Of a stretch of 64,000 nucleotides of DNA, positions 25,701 to 41,300 are shown piece after piece. Numbering within the stretch: the stretch's first letter is position 1; every line of letters starts with the position of its first letter. The notes under the pieces are model-generated. The model did not search any database and was not told the origin of the DNA. It saw only the letters and a program-made list of their open reading frames with translations. The stretch lies in NCBI GenBank assembly GCA_965113315.1, contig OZ220363.1, one strand, 5' to 3'. The DNA comes from Podarcis vaucheri. Lineage: Eukaryota. Both the position numbers and the translations under genes were made by a program.

Positions 25701-28700
25701 TTTCAAGTGTCTGAGTATACGACAAATCATCAGAATCTTTGCCTCCCTCCTGTTGGAACGTCGAGTGATCTTCATAGCAGATAAACTCAGGTAAGTCACA
25801 CAAGAACTTCCCTGATGAAAATTAAATATAAGGCTGAAAATTAAATATAATGCTATGAGCATAGTGCTGCTCACTGTACAACCATTCATTAAAGCTAGTT
25901 GGGGATACTTCCAGTCATCCTGTCCCCCTTCTCATAAAAAAATAAATAAATGGAATTGACTTCAGGTTACACTTTTACTGAGTGCTTTCACATCATTTTA
26001 TAAAGTAATAAACCTGTGATACTATGCTACGTGTTATGTGTTACCCAAAGCTAGGGATTCCCAAATTGAGGTCTACAGACTGAGCTTCATTCAGGTGGTT
26101 CACAGTGTGTCTGTGAAAAACAGTTACAATTCTAATACAGTAAAATACAATATAAAAAACAAAGCAAGCAATAATAATACAAGTGAAAATTATACAGCGC
26201 CTAGCACAGCCCATTCAATTGCTACAGCAGGCAGAAAAAATATATTAAATGGCATGCCAAGACCCCCAGCAATTTCCAAGTGGTCTGTGGGAGAAAAACT
26301 TTTGGGAATCACTGGCCTAAGGTGTGAAACTTGGGGACTCAGCTACACTCAGTCAGTTATATCGTTGTAACTCCATTGTAAAGATGCCTCACCAGGTGGT
26401 GCTCTAGAGCACAAAATGTGTCTATGTGATTTTCATAGGGTCCCCCCTTTTGTTATAAAGATCTAATATATGACTTCTTTATAGCTATCCTCTGAAGTTG
26501 AAGAAGTGAAAAGGAATTGAATAGCTTCAGCACCACACATTTTTGCTTGCATGAACTGGTTCGTTCTATGTAGAGGTGTGGTTATTAACCAGTAATTGGG
26601 GGTGGGGGTGGGGACAACTCTTATTGAAAGCACTTCCACAAGGCAGTTGTAGACTTGGTGCCGCTTACAAATGCAAGTTTTGTGCAGTGTTCACATGTCA
26701 TTCTCATCAAAACATTGTCCCATTTTATTTTTCTATTTAATTTGGATTTGCTGGTTCTACAAAAAGTCTGATGTTAAAGAAAACAGGGCAAGATAGTCAA
26801 TCCAGATTAAAAGGGGAAAAAATATGGAATAGCATTTGGGTGAGGACAACGTCATGAGGATGTTGTGAAAAATGTGTGTGCATGAGCTTCATTGAGCTCA
26901 CAATAAATGGCCCTGTCGAAGTGCTCTGTGTCCCATTAATGCTTTTCCAAGGGTGTTTGAATTAGATTCACCAAGAGGAAAGACGTATGCTCTCCCAGTG
27001 TAATACATAGATGTCTTAGTCAGGGGGAAATGCACATGCTTCTCTTTTCACTTTACGTCAGTGATGTGCACTCTAGTACTGTACTGGAAAGCAAAAGTGC
27101 AGAGAGCTAAATGAAACAGGGAGGAAAAGATAAATCATCGCAAAATGTATGTATGGGCATGAGGGCACTAATGCAGTGGAAGAAGATGGAAAATGCCACC
27201 AGGCTATTTTAAAGGACTAGAGCATGGGTCAACAACCTTTTGCAGCCATGGGCCAGTCCACCGTCCCTCAGACCATGTGGGGGGCTGGACTATATTTTGA
27301 AACAAAAATAAACGAACAAACTCCTATGCCCTACAAATAACCCAGAGATGCATTTTAAATAAAAGCACACATTCTACTCATGTAAAAACACCAGGCAGGC
27401 CCCACAAATAACCCAAGAGATGCTTTTAAAATAAAAGGACACATTCTACTCATGAAAAACACGCTGATTCCTGGACCACCCCCTGGCCGGATTGAGAAGG
27501 CGATTGGGCCGCATCCGGCCCCCGGGCCTTAGGTTGCCTACCCCTGGACTAGAGTAATGCTCTCTGCTACAGTGGTCTGAAACCTTGGAGAGATACCACC
27601 AGTTAGTGTAGGCAGTACTGAGCTAGACGGACCAAGAGATAAGTCGTGTATTTATCATCTGCTACTGCTGAATGGTGACAAGAATGCTGCAATGTTCTAC
27701 CTGCACAAAGGCAGGAAATTAAGATTCCATGCAGGCTGGTGACATCATTGGTTCACACCTGTGCAGCCACTGTGTTGGATTCTGGTCCCCTCATTTGTCA
27801 TTACCTGGTCGCTGTTTGTGTGGGAATGCTTCACAAAATTCATTTTGTTAAACTTGTGTATTCTTCACAATACACTCTAGGTTGCAAAGAGCCAACAATT
27901 GTTTCATAAATTCCTCATAAATAATCTCATTATTGCTGGTGTCTTTGCAGATCAGTGATGAAAGTCTATACAGGACATTGTTAATAGCATATGTAACCCA
28001 GTAGAGAAGCTCTGTTACATGATGACAGAGAACCATAACAGAAATTTCAGAGATCATTATTATTATAGTGTGAAGTCTACAATTCTCACCAAGCATGACA
28101 GCACATTTGATTTTGCTAAATCCTTTGTGCACAATGCCCAACAAGATAAATCCTTATACATGACTCATGTCTTTTCAACGTGAAGTTTATGTTGGCTTAC
28201 ATTCATGGGGGGGAAATACTTAGTAGCAGGATGAAGGAGCTGAGAGTTTATTCTTTACATTGTAGCCATAGTTAAAACCGTTTTGTACAAGGGGATAGTT
28301 GATAATTGTCTGATGTGATGTGGAAAGTATGTACTTCCTCCTCGCTCCATGCCCCCTACCCCAGCTTTATCATCCAAACCTTTGTGCTCTGCAGTTTGTC
28401 ACATGAAGCTCACTCCCTGCAATCAAGCCAGCACACCATTTCATGTGAGACCACTTCAGCCTGCCCTGCAAGCCTTCTTTTTTGCTCAAAATCATTTACT
28501 GGGGGAATCTTAGCATAGGGCTGGTTTAACTCCAGCAATGTTTCTGCTGGTGGTTGTATCAGGGCTTGTCCTCACTGGACTTTATCATGAGTTTGAGGCT
28601 GTTTGAGTCCAGAATTTATAGGTGTTGTTCACATGACGTTGCCCTCAACTGGAACCCACCCCACATATTTTGTTGAGTGAATTTGGATGCCCCCAATCCC

Positions 28701-29675
28701 CAGGCCATCCAAAAAGCAAAGCAAAATGCAGAGCAAATCTGCTGCTGTCTGACTGCCAGATGGGCTGCTGCTGCATTCTGTTTGGTTAAGGTGGCATGGA
28801 ATGGGTGTGTGAATGCAGATGTTTCCTTGTTTGTAGAATAGAAGGAAGACTTTTTTCTTCTTCCCCGCTTCCAGCCACTCAGTGAAGATTGGGGTAAAGA
28901 TCTGAATAAGAATATTAAGGCTGAGTGGGGATGAGGAGTTTTTGACAGCATAGAGCAGGGGTCGGCAACCTAAGGCCCATGGGGGTCGTTTAACTAGCCC
29001 ATGGACCCCCGCCACCTGCTCGGTCGGCTCCCGTGTGCCACGCTAAACCGGCACGGAGCAGAGCGGGGACTGCCTTCTGTGATGCTGGCCAGCTTCCCAT
29101 TGGCTGCAGGAAGCTCCTGCAGCGAATGGGAAGCTGTGCACGCCTCCTCCGCGCCAGAAGGAGCGTCGGAAATAGTGTTTGCGCCTGTGTGTGTTCACTC
29201 CAGCCCACCACGGTGTCTGCAAGCCCATTAACTAGCCCAAGCCACAAAAACTTTGCTGACCCCTGGCACAGAGGTTTGTTTGTAGGGCAACCGCTGGAGC
29301 TCCAAATGCCCACACAAGCAGTTTGGGTCTCTTAGGACATCAAAATGGCTGTTCAGTTTGTGAAACAATGGATTGAATTTAGGATCATGACCTTTTTGTA
29401 GAACTGCCCTAAGTCTCAGTATCATGTAGCCAGGATCTTCAAGACCTTGGCCCGACCAACACCTGGTATCCATACCCAGTATACAGTGACAATGGCCATA
29501 GCTTCTCCCCTGCCTGTATGAAAGATTGCATTTTTTATATATTCCCTGTTTCATAAAAATCAAATGAACAAAAATCCTTAGAAAAACATATTGGCAGGGG
29601 ATGTGCAACTTTTTCAAAAAAATATTTTTATTGCACTAGCTGAAGTCCATGGCAACATCCAAAGAAGGAAGACGA

Positions 29676-29715
<40 letters not shown>

Positions 29716-32700
29716 GCAGTTGCTACATACACTATATGCAGTAAAACCATGGTCAAATCCACCAAAATTTCTTATTATAGAAAATAAAAAGTAATTCTCA
29801 GATAAAATATGCAAATTAGATCTTAGAGTCCCCTTTGCAATTCACTGCTGGATGCAAAATTTGTAGTCCACCAAGTGGAATGCAGCCCACCAACCGTGCT
29901 CATCAGGTCACCAGCAGCACAATAAAATTACCTGTTTTGCCCATCTAGGATTGTAGAAATAGTGAACTTGGTAAGCACTTAGGAGACCATGTGGCTGGCA
30001 GGCTGTAGTGTGCAGAAGTTGCCTGTCCAGATTATTGTGACTATTCAGCAAGGGAATAACTTAATTGCAACAAAACTCAGAAGTAGAGCCCTAATCAACA
30101 ACACCCAGGATGATGAAGTGGCCTACAACACGTGCTTGCATTATATCCTGGGACATATCGCATGACAATTAGTTGCTCTTTAAAATCCTTTTATGTTGTG
30201 AAATATTCAGCTTTTGTTTCCTCTCCCACCCCGTATCTGAAACATTATCCATTAAATATCCCCCAGTATCCTAGATTCCTGTAAATGCCGTCCCATCATC
30301 TTCTGCTGTGGTTTTCTCCTAATCTGTGCATTCAGTTCTTTGACTTTGAATATCACCATTGTCCCTGAATGCATGTGTTAGCATATTCTGTAACTTGGGG
30401 ACTTTTCTCACGGTTACAGCTATTCACTCAGCATTTTTTAACTGGCATTTTTTCTTTCATGGGTAGCAACAATGACTCATGCTCTTATTTTGATATTTTC
30501 AAGGGGAAGCATTTTTTTAAACAAAATATGTATGGCATGTCATTTTTACAATTTGAGTACAGAAAGAAACAACAATGGGTCTCATGCTTCTAATCTGGTG
30601 TCCCATGGGACCAGAATTAGAAGTTAGACCTACAGTATGTCTGCCTTAAGTTGAAATTGGACATAACTTCAGGGCACTGAACTGATGCTGACCATCTTAC
30701 CATGGTTTTAAGTGGCTTGCGGATTATAGATCGCCTGAGCTGGCATCCCCTTTGGACTACAGTTGTAAACAAATTCTTGCTCATTGCAAGGCCTTGAATT
30801 TTCATGTGAAATACCCATACTTGAAGACCAATTGCATCACTGGAGAGCCTACTTGGAAACCGCTTGTTTTCAACTGCAGTTCAAAATGTACTTGTGGTGA
30901 AGAAGCAGTGGGAGCAGTTCATCACAATCATAGACCATGATTTTATATCCCATCATTCAGCCCACTTTAGGAAGGCCTTTGGTGGTTTGCAAAATGGCAA
31001 TTGGCATATAATGACCTGCTGAGAAGAGCCCTAGTTCAGCTTTTGGTGAAAAAGTGGCCTGACAGTGAGTTGTAATGCACGCTGGCAGTTCAGGCTCCAA
31101 CCACATCTCAGTTTGCGCATATAAATTGAACCACATTTGGGCTAGATGTTTATTCCATGACTATGCCAGCATGAGGCACCTGTACACACACACACCTCTT
31201 CTTAACTGCCCCATGACTTCTAGGCTTACAGTATAAACAACCAAGTATAGCTAAGTATCATGATAAGTTAAATTGTCCAAGTTAATGGAGTTTCAAATGT
31301 CTCCAGTTTTATACACTACAAAAAGATCTTTGTTCTCCATTCAAAAAGACATTCAGTCCAGGTACTCACTACGAGATATGCTAAAGAGGCATACAAGCAT
31401 ACAAAGTTACAATTCAGCCTACCAGCCCAGTTTTTTTAATGATATGTGTAAAAGATGCCAATGCAGCAAGGTTATTTACATAATCAACCAATAAGTAAAA
31501 GGAGAGGACTCTGCAGTTGGCGGCAATATTGGCTGGAGAACTGTTGCCAGGCTGTCTGTCTGGGTGGCACAATCAACATAAAGGAATGTGCAGAACCTGC
31601 ACAACAGAGTACCTTTTTCTTTTCTTGCTACTTTTTGGTTTAGTACTAAGTACTAGGCTAACCAGTTTGGAAGGCTCCCAGGCAGATGTGCCCAAAGAGT
31701 ACAAATCTTGGATTTGTACAAAACCATCTGCAAAGCTACTCAGAACTGAATATTCCAATCTAGCTAACCTCATTTCTTATCAAACCAAAAACAAAGAAAG
31801 CAACAGCATATCTTCTGGCAAGTTAAAGGCTCACATTTCTATTGTGTCGAACCTTTCATGAACCAAAATCCATTTCTCCATTCGTAAGCTCCAGCCTACA
31901 ACAATTTATGCTGCAATAAATCTGTTGATCTTTAAGATGTAAGTCTTTGTTCATTTTGTTGCAGTCGAATAATGCAACTACTCCTCTGGAAGTAAAAAAA
32001 GAAAAAAAAAGTTGTCATGCATGTATAAAACTGCCTTGGATCGCATGTTTACTACCCAGTTGTCTCACAGTGGCTCTGTGCATTGGACAATTCATGGGGG
32101 AGGGGAGGGGATCTAGTGAAGTGGCCCAAAGCAAAAAGTTCCCCAAGCGTGGGAATTGCCCATGAGAGAGAGGATGTTGTTTCTGATTTACATCACAGCC
32201 CTGCCTTCAAGAGGAGGGCAGGTTACAAAAGGGCATTCTATAGAAAGCAAGGAGTATGTGCTGAACACTAAGGAATGTTTGTGTTCCTGCTTTTAGATTA
32301 ACATGGTTCTCACTTTAGTTCCATTTGCTTATTGACTTGACCAGTTACACTTGAAACTTCCACAGTCATTAAAAGCGAGTTAAAGGATTATGCCTGGAAG
32401 CCTGTGAAGCATGCTCCACATTTTCTTTTCCTGAATCAGATGGTGGTGTTTTGTTTGTTTTTAAATCAAATACACTATTCAGCAAGATAAGAGTCAAGGC
32501 TAGCACATCACATGTTGGATAACAGTACTAGGAGGGAAATGTTTGCTAAGAAGGCAGCATTAATCTTTGTGTAGGTAGGCAAGGTCATGAAAGTCAGTTG
32601 CCTTCACCCGGAGCCCTGTGTGGTACCAAACCCATTTCAGTAGAGACGGATCTGCCTTTTTTACTAAAGCAGATTGGGAAAATCCGTTGGGCAAGGGTGT

Positions 32701-35300
32701 TCCCAGGTTAATGAGGGATTGCTAGATCTTACATTATATTTATTTGTTGTATTTATTTTCCCCAAGGGATTCAAAGTGGTGTATATGGATTTCCCCCTCC
32801 CCATTCCATCCTCGCAACAAGACTGTTTTTTGTTAAGAATATTCGTATTCTACTTGTCAGTTCAAGACTGAACCACTCAGGCTGCTTAAAACATGTAACA
32901 AGGCTCAGAAGAACAAACTGAGAAGCTAACAAATGAGCAGGAGGAAAAAAGAGCCAAGGGCATGGGAAAGAAGAGGTCTGGCAAAATTAACAAAAAGTGT
33001 AGGCCAAAGGCTCCCTAAACAGAAACGTTTTCAGGAGGTGTCGAAATGCTACTAGAGAAGGAACCAAGTGGGGGGTCCCCCAAGGCAGAGAATTCCAGAA
33101 AGTGGGTGTCACTACTGAGAAACTCCTCACATGTGTCCCAGCCAGGTGTGCTTGGAATGGGAGTGGAGCACCAAGAGCGCCTCTCCTGGTAACCTGACTC
33201 CAGCTTTAAAGGGCTTTAAAGTCAATAGCCAGCACTTTGGATTGTGTCTAGAAACAGACAGGCTGCCGCTGCAGCTGAGGTAATAAAGGAGTCAAATGCT
33301 CTACCAACTGCATTTTGAACTACCCACAGATAGAGCGTCTTACAGTAGTGTAGTCAGGCCTGTGGAGAGACAGACCCATGCCGGAGGGCGGGGGGAGACA
33401 GGTACACTTGCCCCATGCCTTGGAGGGCTGAGCTGGCTGGGGGTCTCTGCCAGGGACTGGCTGCTTTTTTGTTTGAGTTTATAACGTTATTCTAACAAGA
33501 CTCCCACCTCAGGCCTCACAGCGGGCTTGTGTACAGAGACCAAGTCTGTCTTCTCCCAAAACAAGAGCAGTTGATACACCTGCCAGAGCTGGGCAAAAGC
33601 ACTCTTGGACAACACCTGGGAACGCAAGAACAGGAGTACCCTCAAACCATGTCCCTGCTCTGCCAAGAGAAGTGCAACCTCATTCCACCCAGGCTTAACC
33701 TCTTTTACCACTGAGCTAAGAGTCCTCCCATCCTGACCAAGAGCTGGATCAAATGTCATTTTATCATTGCTAGATAACTAGTTGCTGGCATCTTTTGCTG
33801 GAAGCTGCACACGATTCTGACAGGGCATTTCCCATCAGGAACTAGTAATAGTAGCTGTCCTCCCACTATATTTCTCCACTGATTTCCCTTAAATACATTG
33901 GATCAGCACAGTTCTCATCTGGTTCATGAGCACGTGGCACGCCAGTGCCTTTGTGGTCTGCAAAAGCACTATGATTGCTGGAGAAATCTGACATATGTGC
34001 CCCTAAGAGTTCTACTGTGACAATGCATAGTTTACAACCTAGCACACAGAAGCTTCTCTCCTGTCGGCACATAGCTCCAGTTGCTATTGCTGAGCAAATG
34101 GTCTTGTGTGGTCTTTTACATGGTTTTTGCTTAGAGAGTTGGCAAAGGAGTCTTCAAACAGAAGTTTGATGCCATCTAGGGTCTTGAAAAGGCCTTGCAT
34201 GTCAATAAATAGATGGTTAATTGACCACACAGCATTTTCATGTAAAAACTCATTTAGTGAATTCATAACTCTCTGAAATGAAAAGTATTCTTGTGGAAGA
34301 AAGCTTTGTGAGGGATTTTCTTCACAAACTTAAGGTGACAACACACTTGGAATTCAATCCAGACCATGACATTTGAGCTAACCTTCATCACAGTTAAAAC
34401 TTGTTCAAGCATATTTGCTTAAACAAGTTTTAACTGTGACTAAAAATTATCGTAAGTTGTTCAGATCTTGGCATGAGTGTTGCTGTCTTAACTTCAGGAA
34501 GAAAAAATCCCCACCCTCACCTCTGCACAAAGCATCACAAGTTAAAGTGGTGGTTCTTGAAATAAAAGTCCTTTCCTTTTTTTTTTTTTTGTTATCCTAA
34601 AGCAGATTGGACAAAAAAAAGCTATTTTATTGTAGCCTTCCAAAGAAGACTACTGGGAATGCACTCTGGGTAAAAGCATGTTGTTAGCAGGGGATTTCCA
34701 AAGAATGTGATAGCAAAGCATAGCAGCGAGGGCTTTTTTGAGTGCACAGAGGTTTCTGAAGTGCCTTTCAATGGAAAGTGCTCTGAAGATGGAGCATATC
34801 CTGCAGATGGAAGAACTTGAGAACAAATGAAACTGCCCTCAAAGTCAAGGGCAGCAGGAACTGTGGCTTTCCAGTTCTCAGACTGTGCTGTGCTGGTCAA
34901 GGGCAAGGTGTTCTTCCATTGCTTACAGATGGTGTGAAAAATGTAAGCAAGGATATACAGTATATGGATTTGTATGAAGAGGAGGCTAGTTGAATGGGGA
35001 AATAATGAAAATTGCTGCTGCACAGTTTGAAATAGAAAGCATCAGCCATTAAGCTAATAAGAGCCTTGATTACCCACTGTTTATCCTTGGTAGGATTCCT
35101 TTGTCATCTGCATGGCAGGCAGAAATTCAACAGGCATAATTTCCCCATTCATTGCATCTTCAAACTGGGAAAAGGCGTGTCAGGCTAGCTGTTGAAGGTG
35201 GCAGATTACCCTGCTGGAAGCAGGGCAATAGGAACTCTCCTTTCAATGTTCTTAGTGGCAATTGTCCTGGACAAACCACTAGCTGAATGAATTTATTATT

Positions 35301-35346
<46 letters not shown>

Positions 35347-38300
35347 TTCCCCAGCCACTCTGGGCAGCTTCCAACAGAATATTAAAATACAATAACCTAT
35401 TAAACATTAAAAGCTTCCCTAAACAGGGCTGCCTTCAGATGTCTTCTAAAAGTCTGGTAGTTGTTTTTCTCTTTGACATCTGGTGGGAGGGCATTCCACA
35501 GGGTGGGTGCCACTACCAAGAAGGCCCTCTGCCTGGTTCCCAGTAACTTGGCTTCTGTGTATCTGAAGAAGTGTGCATGCACACGAAAGCTCATACCAAG
35601 AACTAACTTAGTTGGTCTTTAAGGTGCTACTGGAAGGAATTTTTTTATTTTGACTATAGCAGACCAACACGGCTACCTATCTGTAATTGGCTTCTCGCAG
35701 TGAGTTAACCACCAGAAGGCCCTCAGCACTGGACCTCAGTGATGTGTTATGTGAGAGCATGTGGGGATAGCAAGCACTTCTTTGCACTTTTGGTTTAAGA
35801 TCAACAGGCAACTCATTTATTAAGATGTATGGGCTGCTCCACTTCTGGAAGCATACACATCTCATTCTGGGGGAGATGTGCAATTTCTCCATCTACATGT
35901 TACACTGGAAATGAGGTTCATGCTTCTTTCCCCCTCATTTATGGGTAACATGTCCCACCAAGTCCAATGCTTTCTTCACTCCCAAACAACAACAAAATCC
36001 TATCAAGACTAGACAAAAAATCCTATCATGGCTATCAGCTTAGTGACTGATTTAACCTAGTCGGGATACTAATCAGTGTTAACTTTGAAAGCTTCAGACT
36101 ATTTCCGTAGGATACCGTAATTTAATCCAGTAGGTAAACAATCATCCTGTCATTTACTAGAGCTGCCAACTTTAGCAGATTAGTTTCAACTCATAACAGG
36201 GAGGCTGGCGTACCATGTGGTAGCTAGAATCTTGTTCTCAGATACTGATTTTGAATGGGTATCACTCCTTTACCATATTAACCCTAAGCTGTGCTCAATA
36301 CAGTAATTGTCCCATTGCTTTCCCCTGAAAAATGTTAAAGTATACATGTAATTAATTGATTTACTTTTCAAAAACAAAATTTGTCCACTCTCTTATTGTT
36401 TGGCCAGCATTTTCTCTAGCTGAATCTGGATACACTATAAAGGATCCTGAACTAGTGAAAGTGATTTTTAGAATATAGTATGCTATTAAAGTGTTTCAAT
36501 GATATATTTCGAACTGTGCCTCCCTTTTTCTTTTACTCTTTTGCTGTATTACTGATTAGGTTTATTAAATTTATACATTGTTTCCTGGTTAAAAGAGAAG
36601 AAGTCCTGAAATAATTTGCAAGAAAAATTTAAAAATACAATAATAAAATCATATAAGGTTGTTAGAAACAGATTAGCAGGACAATATATCATATCAATGG
36701 GGCTGTCCAATTGTCTAGGAAACAATATAATTGTTGCCAGGGGTTAAACTGTGGCAGGTTTACACCAGGTAGGCTTCCATAAATTGGTGACTGGTGATGA
36801 CTTTTGACTAAGCAGGAAAGATTGGATTTGGATAATGTGCAAAGTCATCTTGAAGACCATTTTGTGGTGCGTGAATGTAGGGTGTTCTCTTTTCTTTGAG
36901 TGTGCATCCAGACAAGTGGTTTATTGAACATTCATCCAGACTTGTTTGCAGGGAGATTCAATGACACCAGCTATTTAATGAGCACTCATTCTGATTTGTT
37001 TGTGGGGAGGTTAGATGACATTGCACAAAAGCAAATGCTATCCCATATTTTCCAGTGCATTTTCTTGTCCCTTTCCTTATCGTAGAAAGTTACATCTTTT
37101 GGGGAAGTGTACAACCTGAATTTGCTGGTATGTGATTTAACCCCGTCTGAATATAGTGACAAACTGGAAGTGTCCCGGCTTTTATTAAGAAGCAAGCAGA
37201 AAGTTTTGTTTGTTTGTTAAAGCACATGCTAATGTCCATTCTGTTTTGTCCTCAGCACCTTGTCCAGCTGCTCTCATGCGGTGGTGGCTTTGCTGTACCC
37301 CTTCTCCTGGCAACACACATTCATTCCTGTCCTGCCTTCTTCCATGATTGACATTGTCTGCTGCCCTACTCCGTTTCTGGTTGGATTGCTTTCCAACTCA
37401 CTGCCTAAACTAAAGGAGCTACCAGTAGAAGAGGTAGGAATGGAGTCTATAGTTCATTGTAAGTGAAATTCCCAGGAAAGAACTCTGCAATAGATTTAAC
37501 AAACCTTTGTGCTTCAGTCCTCACTTGCAACTGATGGGAAACAATGCCATTACATCTCTGAAAGGTTCCTCCCCATTGATATGCAAGCTGTAACGCAGGG
37601 GCAGGAAACCATTTTCAGCCCATGGACCATATTCCCTTCTGGACAACCTTCTGATGTCCAAATGCCAGGGGTATGTAGGGCCAGAGGCAAAAGTGTGCCA
37701 AGCAGTGAATCTCACTTTTTCTAGTAGGCTAGTTTCCACATACACCACTCTATCCAGGTAAGCAAAAGACAACATGAGAGTTCAAGGCTACATTCTAGGC
37801 AGGCAAAAACACTCATTGGGGTGCAAAGCAGGGCTGGTAGGGGGGATTGGCCTGGGAACAGGGTGGTGTTACAGAGGCCAGATAGAGAGGCATAGAGGAC
37901 ACAATTGCCTACTGATCTTGAGGTTCTCCAACTCTGCTAGAGTGAGCATAACACTGAAATGCCAATTTTGGGATAGGTGATCAGAATTGCAACTCATTGA
38001 TTTCGATAAGCTTGTATTCTTACATCCTTATGAGGTGGATGCACTCATTTTTAAATTGTATTTCTGCCTGTAACACCTGCAAAAATGGACTGCGGTAGAG
38101 AAACAGACCATTTTAAAAGAAGCAAGTTTGTCCAGGACAGATGTAAAATCTTAGTTCTATTTGGGCATTCTGCTCATATGCAAACCCTACAATGTAAGCA
38201 GTTGAGCATGCTAAGCTGTGCCATTGTGTCACTTTTCCCGTCGTCTTCCAACTCATGGTCCTGTAGAGCAAGGGACCTCCTCTACTCATGGAAGCTCTTT

Positions 38301-41300
38301 GCACAATTCAGAATCCTCCACTTCACATTGTACTCCCTGAGTTAAAAGGTGATGGGTATAGCCCTCTCATTTCTGCTCACCTTGCTCCCATGTGAGCTTG
38401 ACATATGAGGAGCACGCCTGAATCGAACTCTTATCTGGGTATTTTCTACCAAATGCATGGGAGTGGAGAAGCAACTATCAATACATAGGCTCTTACCAAT
38501 TATCATGAGCATTAAAATTGAGTGGTAAATTTACACAGACCATTCTAGGAAGGTATATTGGCAGCTTGTTGCTTAGGGAGCAATGTGGTCAAAGTACTGT
38601 TGCCCACAACTATTCTGTTCTGAGCTGAATTCTGAGTTTATCCATTCTCCTCTACATACTTTCATCCATCACGAAATTAGCTCAGTGTGAGAACTGGTTT
38701 CCTGTGGTGTAAGCATGGCAAACATGAGAGCAGAGGATGAGGAAGATACTACATTGGTAACTGGCATCAGTCCAGAAAATATTAAGGACAACTGCATTCC
38801 TGACGGTGTCATTGTTCTATTTCAATGGGTCATGAAAGCAGGGGAAGAGGTGTTTTGATAGGGCTGATTCTGAGCCACTGTTTGNNNNNNNNNNNNNNNN
38901 NNNNNNNNNNNNNNNNNNNNNNNNNNNNNNNNNNNNNNNNNNNNNNNNNNNNNNNNNNNNNNNNNNNNNNNNNNNNNNNNNNNNNNNNNNNNNNNNNNNN
39001 NNNNNNNNNNNNNNNNNNNNNNNNNNNNNNNNNNNNNNNNNNNNNNNNNNNNNNNTATATTGCTACTTATACATACAAGGGTAGCTTCATTCAGTATCAG
39101 AGAGTCATAAGAATTGCTTCTTAGTGTCTGGATCTGTTACTGTTCTGGTAACGTCTGAGTAAACGGAATGACATGGTTTCTTCCCATACAACAGGAACAT
39201 AGGAAGGCCCATGTCATAGGAACGGAGGAAGCTGCCTTATACTGAGTCAGACCATTGGTCCATATAGCTCAAGAGTTGGCCCATCCACCTGTCAAAGTTG
39301 GCTCACAAGGCTGATTGATCCTAATAAGGATCTGGCATTTGGAGCCCAAAATGTTCCCCACCCCTGGTTTATATGAATACCTTCTCAGATACTAGTAGAA
39401 CTGTGTCTTCTTGAATAAAGGAAGGATCAAAAAATCCCATCAGCCCCAGCCAGTGTGCCAAATCATCAGGTATCATAAGAGTTTTAGTCCATAGCATATG
39501 GAGGGCACAGTGCTGATGTAAGACGCTCAGCTTAATTCTCATAGAAGTGGATGTTCAGTACACTACACACACCACAAGCTTGGGTTCCTGCTTTATACAT
39601 TATTGGTGCATACCAAACACTCTGAAGCCACTGGATGGCACTAGAAGTTCAATTTGGTTCAAACTTGTATTTAGATCTCCCCTTTCATGTAAAGACAATA
39701 ACATGTCTCCAGGCACCACGATAAAACTTTTCTCTGTTGATTACCTTTTAGGCTTTGATGGTGAACCTTGGATCTGATCGTTTCATCAGACAGGTACTGT
39801 GTGTTTTTTGTGTGTGTCTTGAAATATGCAAAACAACTTCATAGCCCATTAGAAAAACATAAATAGAGTTAACAGGCCGAGTTGTGAGGTTGTCCCATCA
39901 GTTAAGAATGAGAAAACGTGGTGGGTGTGTCAACCTCACAATAAACAATAAAACGTCACCCAAAGGTCCCAGGGCAGAGATATACACAATCTAAGCCAAA
40001 ATGAATCAATAACATTCAAACAGCATAAAACAAAACAAAAACTTCAATTACAAATAGAACAACCAACAACATAAATTCAGATGTTCAATACACCTCATCT
40101 CTCCTCAAAAACCTGGGCAAGGTGCTGCAACATCACTGCCAAATCTGGCTTTGGCCTGCTCTCTCGTCTCACAGTCTAAGAGTTTAATGCTCTATTTACA
40201 ACATGGTGTGAAATATCAGATATGTTTCTCAGTTCTAAATCCTGAAAGAGTTTTATTGGAAATAAGCCTGCTCATTGTTTTCCTCCTTCAGATGGATGAC
40301 GAAGACACACTTTTGCCTAGGAAATTGCAAGCAGCTCTGGAGCAGGCTCTAGAGAGGAAGAGTGATTTAATAAACCAAGATTCAGACAGCGAATCAGATG
40401 AGGGTAAGAGAGGCTGGGAACAAGTCCTGTTTACAGTCGAATCTTTGTGGGATGGGGAATAATATGTTCTTGGAAGCCAAAGAGGGAAACAAGAATGTTG
40501 TATGTAAACTGATCAGCGAACTACAAAAAAATATATTTTTCAACATTTAAAGTGTACTTCACAACACACCATTACATTCTCACACTGAATGTAACTGACC
40601 TGTAGAAAGGACTCTATGAATTGAAAACAGAGACATTTTATGTACCTCTGTTAACTATGAAAATCCTTTAAGAAAAACAACTTCAAAAAATGTACTTCAC
40701 AACAGTAAACTATTCAGTATTTAACGATGGCACACATTTTTTCCCACAACACTGTCACGCATTGCTCTATTCTGAAGAGTGACTTCCATGACTGTTTTTC
40801 TTTTCTTTTTTTTGTTCACTTATTGTGTTTGTAAGAATTTAATTACAAGCTTGGATGCTGTGCTATTCCCAATGGAAGCGAAACAGGAGCCACAGTTGGT
40901 TCAGAGCAGCTTGCTGTGTTGATCTGAGTCATTGTGAGACTTCCCTTGGAAAACAACTGAGGCATCTGTCTGTAGAACTTGAAGTGTTTGGTAGCCCATA
41001 AAGAGACTTTAGAACTATTTTGATATTTCTTAGGTTCTGAATGGCTGACTTCCACACACTTGGCTTTGCAGAGCTCGATACTCATTTTGATTTGTTACAT
41101 GAATGTCTGTGGGATTGTGCTACATGCATCCTTGCAAAAGTGTCCTGTCATTTACCCTTTTTTTTTTTAAAGAATGCAAATGGCTTTTTAATAAATTTAA
41201 TAATACTGTCTTGAACCAAGCTAGTTATCCTATGACTAGGAAAAGGGAAGAAAAGGTCTCTTACCTGTTTATTTACAAATTAAAGGGAGGAATTTAAGTC

